From assembly GCA_963921275.4 (NCBI GenBank), contig OZ001293.3, forward strand, positions 96,001 through 160,000: a stretch of 64,000 nt of DNA. The letters run 5' to 3'. The position numbers were made by a program, and so were the translations under genes. The notes beneath the pieces are model-generated. The model saw nothing but the letters and a program-made list of their open reading frames with translations. It was not told where the DNA came from and ran no database searches. Positions 1 to 12,261 of the stretch are shown one piece after another. Position 1 is the stretch's first letter; each line of letters opens with the position of its first letter. Source of the DNA: an uncultured Hormoscilla sp. (lineage in GTDB: Bacteria; Cyanobacteriota; Cyanobacteriia; Cyanobacteriales; Desertifilaceae).

Positions 1-1196
1 AAATTCAACGACTATTTGACAAGGCGCAAAATCAATGGACAGGAGTTTTTCCCGAAGAATCAATCTTTGAGCTGTCCGATAGCCACCTTTCCGTCTGTGT
101 CTCCAGTTTGCAGGATGTTAAGCTGTTTAACTCAAACCTGCAAGTTATTGATGAAGCTTTTGAATATTTGGTCAACAAATCTGCCAAGGGCGAAAAAGGG
201 CAGTATTTCACGCCGCGTCATGTGATTGATATGTGCGTGCAGATGCTTAACCCCAAACGAGGTGAGTATATGATCGATACCGCATCAGGCAGTTGTGGTT
301 TTCCCGTCCATACTATTTTTAAGATCACCGGGCATCTCTTTACCAATGCGGAAATACCCGAAGAGGACAAGCAACATATTCTCAGGATATTTGGTATCGA
401 CTTTGATGAAAAAACCGTTCGTGTTGCTCGGACGCTGAACCTGATTGCAGGTGATGGCGAAGCCAATGTCCTCCATCTGAACACGCTGGATTTTGAACGC
501 TGGGGCGATAAAACCGAAAAAGATCCGAAATGGATAAACACCTACGGCAAGGGCTTTGAGCGGTTAAAAAAATTAAGAGCCGAAAAAAATAGCGATAAAC
601 GCTTCAACTTTGATGTTCTGATGGCTAATCCTCCTTTTGCGGGGGATATCAAGGAAAGCCGTCTGTTACATAATTACGAGCTCGGATTTAAGTCCGATGG
701 AAAAAAGGCACAAAGCAAAGTCGGTCGAGATATTCTGTTTATTGAGCGCAACCTTGATTTCCTCAAATCCGGTGGTCGCATGGCGATTGTCCTGCCACAA
801 GGTCGCTTCAACAATACTAGCGATAAGCATATCCGTGAATTTATTGCCGAGCATGGTCGTATTCTTGCTGTGGTCGGCCTACATGGCAACACTTTCAAGC
901 CGCACACGGGAACGAAGACAAGCGTTCTATTTGTGCAGAAGTGGGATGATGAATTGTGTCCGAAGGTTGAGAACTATCCGATCTTCTTTGCCGTGAGCGG
1001 GAAAGGCGGTAAGGATAATTCAGGCGACTATGTTTTTGTTAAAAGCGAAACTGGGCAGTACAGGCTGGATCGCAACGGACATTTAATCGTTGACCATGAT
1101 CTACATAATCATGCTGGCGAATTGCCGGATGATATCGCGGAAGCATTTGCTGAATGGGCGACAGACGAGAAGCTGTCATTTTGGGTGGAGGCGTAA
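1..1196 (+). CDS. hsdM: Type I-like R-M N6-adenine DNA methyltransferase (HsdM family), 5' end outside the window
   Basis: GQYFTPR, DTASGSCGF (motif I) and NPPF (motif IV); followed directly by an S subunit. Confidence 0.9.
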   Translation, partial: IQRLFDKAQNQWTGVFPEESIFELSDSHLSVCVSSLQDVKLFNSNLQVIDEAFEYLVNKSAKGEKGQYFTPRHVIDMCVQMLNPKRGEYMIDTASGSCGFPVHTIFKITGHLFTNAEIPEEDKQHILRIFGIDFDEKTVRVARTLNLIAGDGEANVLHLNTLDFERWGDKTEKDPKWINTYGKGFERLKKLRAEKNSDKRFNFDVLMANPPFAGDIKESRLLHNYELGFKSDGKKAQSKVGRDILFIERNLDFLKSGGRMAIVLPQGRFNNTSDKHIREFIAEHGRILAVVGLHGNTFKPHTGTKTSVLFVQKWDDELCPKVENYPIFFAVSGKGGKDNSGDYVFVKSETGQYRLDRNGHLIVDHDLHNHAGELPDDIAEAFAEWATDEKLSFWVEA

Positions 1197-1199
1197 TAC

Positions 1200-2615
1200 G
1201 TGCAATATTCAATTGTAACCTTTAATGAATTGTCTCGAACAAAATCATTTCGTATTGATGCTGAGTATTATCGGCCAGTTGCGATTGAATATGAAAACAT
1301 AATTCTGAATAAATTGCATGGCGAATCTATAAGTGAGATTGGTTGCTCTGTTGTGAGCGGGCCATTTGGCTCATCATTGAAAAGCGAGGCATATCTTGAT
1401 CGTGGAGTCCCCCTCGTCCGCATATCGGACCTTAGAGATTTTTTGATATCTACTGATGAGCTGATTTATATATCCCCAGAAAACCATGCTCGTCTATCAA
1501 GTTCTCAGTTATTAGTAGGTGATATAGTGTTATCGAAGGTTGGAAACACCATTGGTGTTGCATCAATCGTTACAGAAGATATAGGGCCTTGTAATATTAG
1601 CGAGAACAATATCGGCATTCGGATGCCGAAGGATTTTCGCGCTGAAAATAAGTCTTTCATGGTCACGTATCTCAACAGCAAGCCTGGTCAACATCAGATA
1701 CTAAGAGCTATTAGCGGTAATGCACAGCCGAAGCTAAATGTGGCAGATATTGAGGAGATAAAGGTTCCTCATGTGTCTGATAATTTTGCATGTGCTATTC
1801 ATGAAACACTGGAACTATCCAAGGGCTTAATCATTCAGGCAGAAACTTTTTATGCTCAAGCCAATATCTTTCTTTTGAAAGAGCTTGGGTTAGCAAATTG
1901 GCAACCCAAGCACCAGCTTACCTTTATCAAAAACTATTCCGACACCAAGCAAGCCCAGCGTATAGATGCAGAATATTTCCAACCCAAATATGATGACATC
2001 ATCAACGCTATAAAGTCCTACAAGGGTGGCTGGGACAGATTGGAAAATCTAGTCACTTTGAAAAATAGCAATTTTACACCTAAAGAAAAAAAAACTTATC
2101 AATATATAGAATTGGCAAACATTTCCGGTAATAGTGAAATTAAAAATTGTACAACTGATGAAGGGCAGAACCTGCTCACAAGAGCAAGGCGTAAAGTAAA
2201 TACAAGCGATATCATAGTATCATCAATTGAAGGCTCTTTATCTAGTATTGCAATAATCGAAGCTGAATACAATAATTCTCTTTGTTAAACAGGTTTTCAT
2301 GTCATCAAATCAGAACATTTTAACCCTGAGACATTACTTTTATTGTTGAAAAGTTCAGTCGGCCAACTACAGCTAAAAAAAGGCTGTAGTGGCACAATCT
2401 TAAATGCAATTGATCGAAATGAATTTAAGAAGATAATTTTGCCGAGTATTCCCAAATCAAAACAACTAGAAATCCAGAACAAAGTCACGGAATATTTCAA
2501 TTTACGCAAGCAATCAAAGCGTCTTTTAGAAAGTGCTAAACATGCTGTTGAAATGGCGATTGAGCAAGATGAAGACACGGCTATACAATGGCTCAACCAA
2601 CAAACAAATATCTAA
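1200..2615 (+). pseudogene. hsdS: R-M specificity subunit (HsdS-like) with an in-frame nonsense codon at 2286-2288
   Basis: Two RIDAEY-led TRD halves and SGNAQPKLN; ORFs 1200-2288 and 2343-2615 share a frame and are separated by a single TAA in LC*TGF. Confidence 0.8.
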
Positions 2616-2704
2616 CAGATGCTATTAGTGCCGGTGAATAACTCAACTATTTATCATCTGTGGTTAAATCTCAATAATTATCAATTGTCAATTATCCATT
2701 GCCC

Positions 2705-2880
2705 ATTGATTTTGTAGCTTGTGCTACCACCGGGGTTTTGGATGAAGACACCAAGTGCTTTCAAGCCCTGAATATCTCGTAGTGCCGTGTCGTTTGAGCA
2801 CTTGGCTATCTTCGCATATTTGGAGGTATTCATATAACCTCTAAAATTATCTTCCAACATGCGCTTAATGATAAGTCGCT
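2705..2880 (-). pseudogene. C-terminal remnant of a Fic-family protein
   Basis: Minus strand reads ...MNTSKYAKIAKCSNDTALRDI, typical of the Fic/DUF4172 C-terminal HTH. Confidence 0.55.
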
Positions 2881-3087
2881 GGGGACTTCAGACCCTATAA
2901 TATGGGTACTATTGGATGATGAAGAGTCCCAGCAGTCAACAAGGCCGGATCTGAATTAGCAAGATTAGGGAAAAACGGAGAGCATTACGCTCTTCTGCTA
3001 GCTGGATGTGGTAAGATAGATCCAACGGAAGACATTTGGGCGATCGCCAGCCCTGATGTTTTCTCCAATTATAAAGGGCTAAATGCT

Positions 3088-3543
3088 ATGTCGGTGATAA
3101 CCTTATCCCTAATGCATCCAACGCAACCGGTGACAATTCAAAGTTGGACTTTTGAACCAGACTCGGTAATTAAGATTGGTCGGGCAAAAGATAATGATGT
3201 AGTGGTTCATAGCTCAGTGGTTTCCCGTAACCATTTGGAACTGTGGCAAAATGGGACTGATTGGGAAATTATTAGTTTTGGTTCTAATGGCACCTATGTG
3301 AATAATGAACCGATCGCCCAACAGCCAGTGTCGGACGGTATGATAGTCCGCTTGGGAAGTTCGGGACCGAAAATTAAAATTCGCTTAGGTGTTTTAGACC
3401 CAAATGCGAAAAGCAGAAAGGCGGGAGAGCAGCGATCGTCTGGCACAGGTACAGGTGATGCCTCAAAAGACCGCCAGACTTTCTTGACTGGGAAAAAAGA
3501 TAGTGAGCCGCCAGCAACTGAGGTAGAAATTAGGCGGAGTTGA
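3088..3543 (+). CDS. FHA domain protein
   Basis: IGR...VSRNH...SNGTYVN FHA motifs. Confidence 0.9.
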   Translation: MSVITLSLMHPTQPVTIQSWTFEPDSVIKIGRAKDNDVVVHSSVVSRNHLELWQNGTDWEIISFGSNGTYVNNEPIAQQPVSDGMIVRLGSSGPKIKIRLGVLDPNAKSRKAGEQRSSGTGTGDASKDRQTFLTGKKDSEPPATEVEIRRS

Positions 3544-3845
3544 GGAAAAGTCCCAGTGTAGGTCTCCAGTAAACTGGCGATGGATGTTGTTACCATTAGT
3601 GACTCTTGAGCCCGACTATAAGGGCTGAAAACCACGGCAATGGCGCATGGCTGCCAGCGCAGCGCTATCAGAATGCAAGCAAGTGCGATCGCTCCACAAG
3701 CCTCCGCAGATAAGGGTAGTAAGGGAATTAATAAGGATAATATTAAGATTTGTGTGATTCGGTTAAGTGAATTTTACAGGCATTGGGCCTCGGCTGAAAC
3801 TTGTAGTCGATCGGGTAATCTATTGAGAATAGTTTGGTAGAAAAA

Positions 3846-4850
3846 ATGGCTGAGCTAAGACAAAATGTGATTACCAGAGAATGGGTGATCATTGCTACAG
3901 AGAGGGCAAAAAGACCGGATCAGTTTGCTAGAGAAAAAGAGGCGATCGCGCTGTCACCCTACGCTCTAAATTGTCCTTTTTGTCCGGGAAACGAAGAGGA
4001 TACGAGTGTGGAATCATTGCGTCTCGGCGATGAGAAGGGGTGGCAAGTGCGTGCAGTTGCCAACAAATATCCAGCGCTTTCCCTAGAAATAAAAGGAAAG
4101 AGGAAGGTAAATGGCATTTACCGTTCTTTGCCAGCAGTAGGATATCACGAAGTGATTATCGAACATCCCCGTCACGACCTAACTACGGCACTGCTAAATG
4201 TTGAGGATGTAGCTCAGATTTTGCGGGCCTATCGTCAGCGATATGCGGAGATATCCCATGATCGGGGCATGCAAACGATTATTATCTTCAAGAATCACGG
4301 GAAAGATGCCGCAACTTCCCTGGAACATCCGCACTCGCAGCTAGCGGCTATACCAATTGTACCACACCAATTGCGAAGCCGCATAGAAGAAGCAATTCGC
4401 CATTTCGATGATACGGGGGAATGCCTATACTGTCGAACTCTAGAGGATGAATTAGAAGCAGGGGAGAGAATTGTTTTAGAAAGCGAACATTTTGTGGCGT
4501 TTATGCCCTATGCGCAGCTTTCACCATTTCATATGTGGATTTTTCCTCGCCGACATTACTCATCCTTTGATAAGATTAGTGAGCCAGAGATTCTGGATCT
4601 TGCCTATAACCTGAAAACGGTGCTGGCCAAGTTGTACTATGGCTTGAATAATCCCGATTATAATTATACGATCCGTTCTATCCCTTTGAAGGAGCAGGAG
4701 ACGGTATATTTTCACTGGTACATAGCGATTATCCCCCGGATTTCTAAAACAGCTGGGTTTGAGTTGGGCAGCGGCATGTATATTAATACGGCGTCGCCAG
4801 AAGAAAGTGCCCAGTTTTTGCGGGATGTGCAGCTTCCTAATGTAGAATGA
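3846..4850 (+). CDS. galT: Galactose-1-phosphate uridylyltransferase
   Basis: RAKRP, CPFCPGNE, HPHSQ active site, AGFELGSG. Confidence 0.93.
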   Translation: MAELRQNVITREWVIIATERAKRPDQFAREKEAIALSPYALNCPFCPGNEEDTSVESLRLGDEKGWQVRAVANKYPALSLEIKGKRKVNGIYRSLPAVGYHEVIIEHPRHDLTTALLNVEDVAQILRAYRQRYAEISHDRGMQTIIIFKNHGKDAATSLEHPHSQLAAIPIVPHQLRSRIEEAIRHFDDTGECLYCRTLEDELEAGERIVLESEHFVAFMPYAQLSPFHMWIFPRRHYSSFDKISEPEILDLAYNLKTVLAKLYYGLNNPDYNYTIRSIPLKEQETVYFHWYIAIIPRISKTAGFELGSGMYINTASPEESAQFLRDVQLPNVE

Positions 4851-4960
4851 TTAGAGTAGGCTTAAGGATAAGGAAAGAAGTTATAATCAAGGGAGCGATC
4901 GCCCCTTGACCATAGCTCTCACCCTGACTATATAGGTTCTTCCCACCGCCAAAAAGAGGA

Positions 4961-5262
4961 TCAGTAATGATATCTAGCTTGGATAAAATTAATCCGGTCA
5001 TCACTAACTGAGTAAGTAATACGGTGTTCCTGGGTGAGTCGCCGTGACTATGTATTGGAACCCAAATGTTTAAGCCGTTCTGGCTTGCCAATCCCTGTAA
5101 AAGGGTCGCGCACGATCGCCTCTATCAGCTTAAAGGCACGGAGGGCTGTCTTACGGTCTGTTTCAATCCAATAAACCAGATCTTCACGAAACTCTCGATT
5201 AAAGACAGCATCTCGAATTGGGGTTTCTATGGCTGCGCCACGCTGCGCGAACGGACTGCTGC
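4961..5262 (-). pseudogene. yoeB: Txe/YoeB toxin, disrupted
   Basis: PFTGIGKPERLKHLGSNT*SRRLTQEHRITY...IQARYHY with an internal stop; 22-nt insertion near the 5' end. Confidence 0.8.
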
Positions 5263-5581
5263 TTATCTTTCTTCTGAGCCAATCTCTAACTCCTCACGTA
5301 GTTCACTGACAGTCTGAGGTTTCTCAGTTCGGGCTTTAACTCTTTCTAGGGCTGTTAGCAGACGGGCAGCATTTTTGGGCGATCGCAATAAATGAACTGT
5401 TTCCATCAAGCTAGACAGTTTATCTGCGGCGATTAAAGCAACTTTTTCACCATCGGGTCGGCTAATGATGACCACATCCCGAATGGCTGCGCCACGCTGC
5501 GCGATCGGCAATAACTTGCTCGCAGAGTTGAACGAGATTGGCACTAGCGTCAGTCAAGGTTGTCTGGGTCTGTGTTAACAT
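5263..5581 (-). pseudogene. yefM: Phd/YefM antitoxin, frameshifted by a 22-nt insertion
   Basis: N- and C-terminal halves lie in different frames; SLMETVHLLRSPKNAARL motif. Confidence 0.8.
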
Positions 5582-5696
5582 AGTCAGAAATAAGCTGATT
5601 TGTCGGGTCAATAGTAGATTATAACTTAATGAGTTCCCAGAGGAGGCAAGACTGCTAATTTCCTGGGATGATTTACCAGTTTGCGGAGGCGATCGC

Positions 5697-5891
5697 TCAA
5701 TAACAGAACAACGCATCTGGTTTTTCCAGGCTGTAGTTCAGCCGTTCAAACCCAATTACACGACCATCTTTATCTTTAATTAAAGAAAACTCTTCTCCAG
5801 TTTCCTCTGCGAGAAACTCTTTACTGGGGTCATTAAACCAGACTGTGAGGGTTTTACCTTCTTCATCATAGTAAATTTTTAGAGCGTCCAT
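5697..5891 (-). CDS. DUF2283-like small protein
   Basis: KIYYDEEGKTLTVWF...DKDGRVIGFE pattern. Confidence 0.7.
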   Translation of the reverse strand: MDALKIYYDEEGKTLTVWFNDPSKEFLAEETGEEFSLIKDKDGRVIGFERLNYSLEKPDALFCY

Positions 5892-6161
5892 ACAAATTAT
5901 CCTCGTTTAATTTTGAGTTATCGCCACTATTGAAGTATTATTGATTACTAGTATACTGGTTGCGAGTTCTACTGTCAATCTCTTATTAGAACTCTTCTTA
6001 ATCGTGGCCAAGGTTTTGGAAAGTGACTGGGGACTGAGTAAGTGAAAAGTAATAGTTTTTTAGACTTTTGCTCCATCCAATGCCCCCTGGTTGACCGACA
6101 AAAGTAGTCAACCAGGGGGTGTCAGCAGCAATATTCGGCGATTAACTATTGCGGCACAGAC

Positions 6162-6490
6162 TTACGACTCCCCTGGTGCAAGCCAGTCGAAGGGATCGGC
6201 TGGCTCGAACTCTGCCGACACCTCGCCTGCGAGGGCGAACCGGTCAGAGGCGCGGTTGGTGCCTGGCAGGAAGGTCAGACCTCCGATCTCATTCCAATAG
6301 GCATTGAGCGGGATCTGCCCATCGAAGGGAGGCGAGTTAATCATCACTTTGTATTCCCGCCCATGATGGATAACTAGTTCACCATCGATGTATTCAAAGA
6401 TCGCTGAGTCCCCAGTCCGGTCGGACAGTGACAGGTGTGCGCTAGCGCTGCTGCCATTGGGCAAATCGGCTGCAACGATCATGAATCACG
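6162..6490 (-). pseudogene. Internal fragment of a linear amide C-N hydrolase (choloylglycine hydrolase family)
   Basis: HLSLSDRTGDSAIFEY, NSPPF, LPGTNRASDRF; both termini missing. Confidence 0.75.
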
Positions 6491-6624
6491 TGCTGCTGTT
6501 CTGAATTTTCAATATGCTATTTTTGTGGATCGGGAGCGCACAGGAGACTACCAAACGACCTATGGGTTGAGAGAAATCATACATGGTAACAAAGATGATG
6601 TGGTTGCATTCCTAGAAGAGCGTA

Positions 6625-7458
<834 letters not shown>

Positions 7459-7675
7459 TACCTACCTCTAGACGAGATCGGACGTGAGGCCCTGGCCTCA
7501 CGCATAAGGCTCCAACCTCCGGAACAAGGTTACATCACCATCTCTAATGCGCTGCAATGAAGGTTACAATACCGAAGGATTAGAGAACTGGCGATCGCAG
7601 GGACAACCCCTGGGGTGGAGAATATTCACCGGTAGCGCTATGGCGCAAAGGGGTTGCCAAAAATCCGTGTGCGAC

Positions 7676-7731
7676 CTGTATCACTTGACAAGCATGAGAC
7701 GATAGTATATCATGCTTGTCAAGTGATACAG
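7676..7731. promoter_or_regulatory. Perfect 22-bp inverted repeat containing TTGACA-N17-TATCAT
   Basis: ctgtatcacttgacaagcatga-N12-tcatgcttgtcaagtgatacag. Confidence 0.55.
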
Positions 7732-7882
7732 CCGGGCAGTACGAGTAGTGCTAGACATCGAAAGCAACGGATAGTAGTTCAGGCCACGAGGGGTTAGGGG
7801 TATTGAGTAAGCTTGCCCAAAAAATACTTTATGTGAGATAGAATTTACTTATTCTTGGCAAAAGTAAGCTTAATGTGAGAGA

Positions 7883-8150
7883 AAATCGACTTAGTATAGC
7901 AAAAAAAAGCATTTTTTTTGCTATACTCGACTTATTATAGATTAAAATAGATATTTTATAGATCGAAATCGATATATTATAGTTTGTAATCGACTGATTC
8001 TGGAGCGTAATCGACTTATTATAGCCAAACAAAGCCTTTTTTTTGCTATAATCGACTTATTATAGATCGAAATAAATATATTATAGGTCTAACTCGATAT
8101 ATTATAGGTCTGAATAGACTTATTTTGGATCGGAATAGACTTATTCTCAG
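7883..8150. repeat. Degenerate AT-rich 21-bp tandem repeat, about 12 units
   Basis: Consensus ~tcgacttattatagatcgaaa recurring with an exact 21-nt period. Confidence 0.8.
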
Positions 8151-8234
8151 TCAACAACCCCCAACCTGCCTTGGCCAGAGTAGGCAAAGGTTTACAGACT
8201 GTAGGATTCGTGGATACCCGAAAGCCTCTACCAA

Positions 8235-9610
8235 ATGCGAGCGAGTACCGGTGGTTTGGGTTCTGTTTCGATATCTTTCGATCTGACAGGGGCTCTCCCC
8301 CCAGAGTTGGGCGCTCTCAATTTGCTAGCCCTCGATCTGTCCAACAACCAACTGACAGGGGCTCTCCCCCTAGAGTTGGGCGCTCTGCTCAATTTGCGAG
8401 ATTTCGATCTGTCCGACAACCAACTGACAGGGTCGATCCCTCCAGAGTTGGGCAATTTGTCCAATTTGGAATACCTCTATCTGAGCAACAACCAATTGAC
8501 AGGGTCGATCCCCCAAAGCGTCTTAGATATGCTCGCCGTTAAGGCCTTGGAAAACCCTCCTTATGTAGAGACTGAGATTTCCGACCAACGGGTAGTAGTC
8601 GGGGATAACTTCAATCTAGACATTAGCGAGAACTTCGGCGACATCAACAACGACATTTCCAGCTACAGCGCCAGCGGTTTACCCCCGGGTTTAACCCTCA
8701 ACCCACAGGGAATGCTCAGTGGCAGTCCTACCACGGAGGGCAATTTTGCTGTGACAGTAACGGCATCGGATAGTGGGAGACTCGAAGTTGAAGATTACTT
8801 TGAGATTTTGGTGGTAGAGCCTGCTCCTCTCAATGCCAATGATTATACGGCCCTGGAGGCTCTCTATGAAAGTACTGGGGGGACGAATTGGACAAATAAC
8901 AGCGGCTGGAATAACTGGGATTTCAGCAGCGAAACTCCTCCGGCTGCCTCAGAGGCTGACAATTGGTATGGGGTGACAGTAACGGAAGACAGGGTGACAG
9001 AACTCGCTCTGGAGAACAACCAACTGACAGGGTCGATCCCCTCAAATTTGGGCAATTTGTTCAATTTGGAAAACCTCGATCTGAGCAACAACCAACTGAC
9101 AGGGTCGATCCCCCAAAGCGTCTTAGATTTATCCAGCTCAAGGAACTTGGAAAACCCTCCTTATGTAGAAATTGAGATTTCCGACCAACGGGTAGTAGTC
9201 GGGGATAACTTCAATCTAGACATTAGCGAGAACTTCGGCGACATCAACAACATCTCCAGCTACAGCGCCAGCGGTTTACCCCCGGGTTTAACCCTCGACC
9301 GACAGGGAGTGATCAGTGGCAGTCCTACCACGGGGGGCAATTTTGCTGTGACAGTAACGGCATCGGATAGTGGGAGACTCGAAGTTGAAGATCCCTTTGA
9401 GATTGTGGTAGATCCTGTGGGGTAAAGATATCCTCAATGGCACCCTAGGGGACGACTTTATGTATGGCTATTGGGAAGACGACATCCTTGATGGGGGCCA
9501 GGGGAATGACTGGTACGAGGGGGGTAAAGGCCCGGGATACCTTTGTTTTGGGGGTAAGCGAGGGCCATGATACCCTCTCAGACTTTGAAGATGGCGCTGA
9601 ATTGATAGGC
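8235..9610 (+). pseudogene. Truncated LRR + Ig-like (He_PIG/cadherin-like) repeat protein with a frameshifted RTX-like tail
   Basis: LDLSNNQLTGSIP LRRs; SGLPPGLTL...SGSPT Ig modules duplicated (~8416-8810 vs ~9017-9408); no convincing start; DILNGTLGDD tail out of frame. Confidence 0.75.
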
Positions 9611-9785
9611 AATTCCGGATGTCACTCACTTTTACTTCCTTGTCTCCTGGGTAGTGCGATACGATGTCTCCCCTTTTGTGCGACTACGATGTTCCCAGCG
9701 CTACGAGCACTACCCGGGGAACATCGAGCGACCGGGAGACATCAGCACTAAAGTGCTTACTACGAAGGTGAGGGCCCGGGGAGAC

Positions 9786-11312
9786 TTACGCGCCTACAGC
9801 TTCTTTAGCGGCGTACATGACTTCAATGGTGATTTCATCTAGGCCCCGATCGCGTGCGAATTTCTCTGTATTCCGCTTGACCTTACCGCGAACAAAACCT
9901 GGTACTTTATTCAGTTCTGCCCGGGCATCTTTAGTCCAGTTTAGGTCAGAATCAGCAGAAATGCCTTTGTGAATTACTTCCTTGGTGTCGTGACCGCCAA
10001 AGATTTCTAACAGATGGTCTTCCATGCCCAAGGTGAAGGAATTGTACACCAAATCTGTAACTTGGTTCGTACCTTCATAACCCAGGAATGGTTTGTAACC
10101 GATCGGGAAATTCTGGATGTGAATGGGGGCGGCAATTACGCCGCAGGGAATGTTCAAGCGCTTGCCTACGTGCCGTTCCATTTGGGTGCCGAAAATGGCC
10201 GAGGGTTCGAAGCGGGCGATCGCATCCCCGATTTCTCCATTATCATCGCTAATCAGCACCTCATCACAATATTCGCTCACCTGTTCTCGGAACCAATCAG
10301 CATCGTACTTGCAGTAAGTTCCGGCCCAAACCACATGTATTCCCATTTCCCGCGCCAGAATTTTGGTCATGGCAGCAGCGTGAGTATTGTCACCGAACAC
10401 TACCACTTTTTTACCGGTCAAATTCTGACAGTCAATGGAACGGGAGAACCAAGCAGCTTGGGAAACGAACCGAGTCTGATTGTCGATATACTCTTCATAA
10501 TCCACATTGGCACCTTGGGCATTGAGTACCTGTTGAATCTTGCGGAGGCAACGGGCCGTTTTCACCACACCCATGGGCGTGATATCCACATAGGGCATGG
10601 CCAACTCTTGTTCCAGATAACGGGCTGTCATCAGGCCAATTTCCCGATAAGGCGCTAGGTTAAACCAGGCGCGAGGCAGGTTCTTCAGGTTGTGAACCGA
10701 GGCCCCTTCGGGTATTACCTCGTTCACTTCAATGCCCAAGTCGGCCATCAGGCGTTTCAGTTCGATGCAGTCATGCTGATTGTGAAAACCTAGGGTAGAA
10801 ATGCCGATGATGTTAACGGAGGGTTTTTCCGTTTTGCCTGCTGGCAGTTCGCCTTTCTTCTTCGCCTTCTGGATGTAGAACTTGACTATTTGATCTAGAG
10901 TGCTGTCTGCTGCTTGCAGTTCGTTCACCCGATAGTGGTTCACGTCCGCTAGCATCACGTCGCCTTGGGCATCCATCTGGGCCCGTGAGACGAAGTTTTC
11001 CAGGTCTTCTTGCAGGATGCTGGAGGTGCAGGTGGGAGTAAGCACGATCAGATCCGGGTTCTCCTCCCGATCCTTGCGGACGATGTTGTCTACCACCTTT
11101 TCTTGAGAACCCCGGGCCAGAACGTTGCGGTCCACGACGCTGGCGGTCACCGGCGTGTAGTCCCGCTCCCGCTCTAGCATGGAACGCATAACGTTGAAGT
11201 AGTCATCCCCGAGGGGGGCGTGCATGATCGCGTGGACGTTCTTGAAGGAACTGGCTATGCGGAGGGTGCCAATGTGGGCCGGGCCTGCATACATCCAGTA
11301 AGCCAATTTCAT
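9786..11312 (-). CDS. chlB: Light-independent protochlorophyllide reductase subunit B
   Basis: [15 protein letters not shown] start, 508 aa, conserved throughout. Confidence 0.98.
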   Translation of the reverse strand: MKLAYWMYAGPAHIGTLRIASSFKNVHAIMHAPLGDDYFNVMRSMLERERDYTPVTASVVDRNVLARGSQEKVVDNIVRKDREENPDLIVLTPTCTSSILQEDLENFVSRAQMDAQGDVMLADVNHYRVNELQAADSTLDQIVKFYIQKAKKKGELPAGKTEKPSVNIIGISTLGFHNQHDCIELKRLMADLGIEVNEVIPEGASVHNLKNLPRAWFNLAPYREIGLMTARYLEQELAMPYVDITPMGVVKTARCLRKIQQVLNAQGANVDYEEYIDNQTRFVSQAAWFSRSIDCQNLTGKKVVVFGDNTHAAAMTKILAREMGIHVVWAGTYCKYDADWFREQVSEYCDEVLISDDNGEIGDAIARFEPSAIFGTQMERHVGKRLNIPCGVIAAPIHIQNFPIGYKPFLGYEGTNQVTDLVYNSFTLGMEDHLLEIFGGHDTKEVIHKGISADSDLNWTKDARAELNKVPGFVRGKVKRNTEKFARDRGLDEITIEVMYAAKEAVGA

Positions 11313-11414
11313 ATATTCTTCTCCGTTGTCCTAGTTGAGAATGTGATTGCTTTTGCCGGGATCCCCCCTCGCCGCGAATTCGGGGAGAAGGAATGAGGGA
11401 AGTAGGCGCTCTTT

Positions 11415-11495
11415 GTAGGGTGGACACTGCCCACCAGTTCAATAGGTAGTGGCCATTGCCCACCAGTTCAATAGGTAGGGTGGGCCGTGCCCACT
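11415..11495 (+). repeat. Cluster of GTAGGGTGG(G)CxxTGCCCAC REP-like repeats
   Basis: Three GTAG-led hairpins; the linker cccaccagttcaataggtag is duplicated. Confidence 0.65.
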
Positions 11496-11779
11496 GTCAG
11501 ACCCTACCGGTAGTTGAGAACTGTTTGATTTCCGTAAGTGATTCCTAGGCCTACGGAAATCGTGATGGCATTGTCCTAATATAAAGCCCATCGGGCGTAC
11601 TGATGATGATAGCCGATCTCGCCGTTACCCTATGAGGGTGCGATCGGCATATCAGGGTCCGTATGGGGGTGGGAGTGTCACAGGTGTACCAAGGCCCTAA
11701 GTTGCTACCGGTCTCTGCATCTGGGGCGATCGCCTACAAAGAGAATATCTTGGCTGATCATAGAAAAAAGGAGGTAGCA

Positions 11780-11885
11780 ATGCCAACGAAACAAGATTGG
11801 AACTGGTTAGCCATCAACTCTCATTATCAAACCGCCACTGCTGTGCAACAACTTTTGCAAGAGGGAAATTCAATCGCAGCGGGAA
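11780..11885 (+). pseudogene. N-terminal fragment of a DUF29-like protein
   Basis: RBS plus MPTKQDWNWLAINSHYQTATAVQQLLQEG, then runs into the antisense GST remnant. Confidence 0.4.
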
Positions 11886-12192
11886 ATCAGGATTCTGGCA
11901 TAGGCTCTCAACCCTGGTTTTGTGGGTAAAGCTTCATCCGATCGCTGCCAAATACTTCCTGGAGGTATTCGTTGATTACCAGTGATTCATAGACTACTGT
12001 TTCGCCATGCTGAATTACAGGTACGGTGCCATTCGGGTTGAGTTGATGAAACCAGTCGGTTTTATTGTCTTTACCTAATTCAATGTTCTTGTAGGTAAAA
12101 TCAACTTGCAGCTCTCACAGCGCGATCCAACTCCTTTGAGCATAGGGGCAATTGCGGTTAGCGTAAAATATTAATGCCGGTCGATCGTTCAT
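11885..12192 (-). pseudogene. Glutathione S-transferase (CPYA type), with internal stop and truncation
   Basis: MNDRPALIFYANRNCPYAQRSWIAL*ELQV...LNPNGTVPVI...YESLVINEYL. Confidence 0.8.
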
Positions 12193-12261
12193 GTTTCCTC
12201 TGTTCCCTCTTGCTATTGGTTTTCCTGATGATAGCATGTTTACCTGATTGTAGTCCCGATG

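Noticed and set aside
10014..10658. Long antisense ORFs (here, 41143-41808 and the repeated MRPSVRAI ORFs)
   Set aside because: Shadows of chlB, cysS and the RTX-coding DNA
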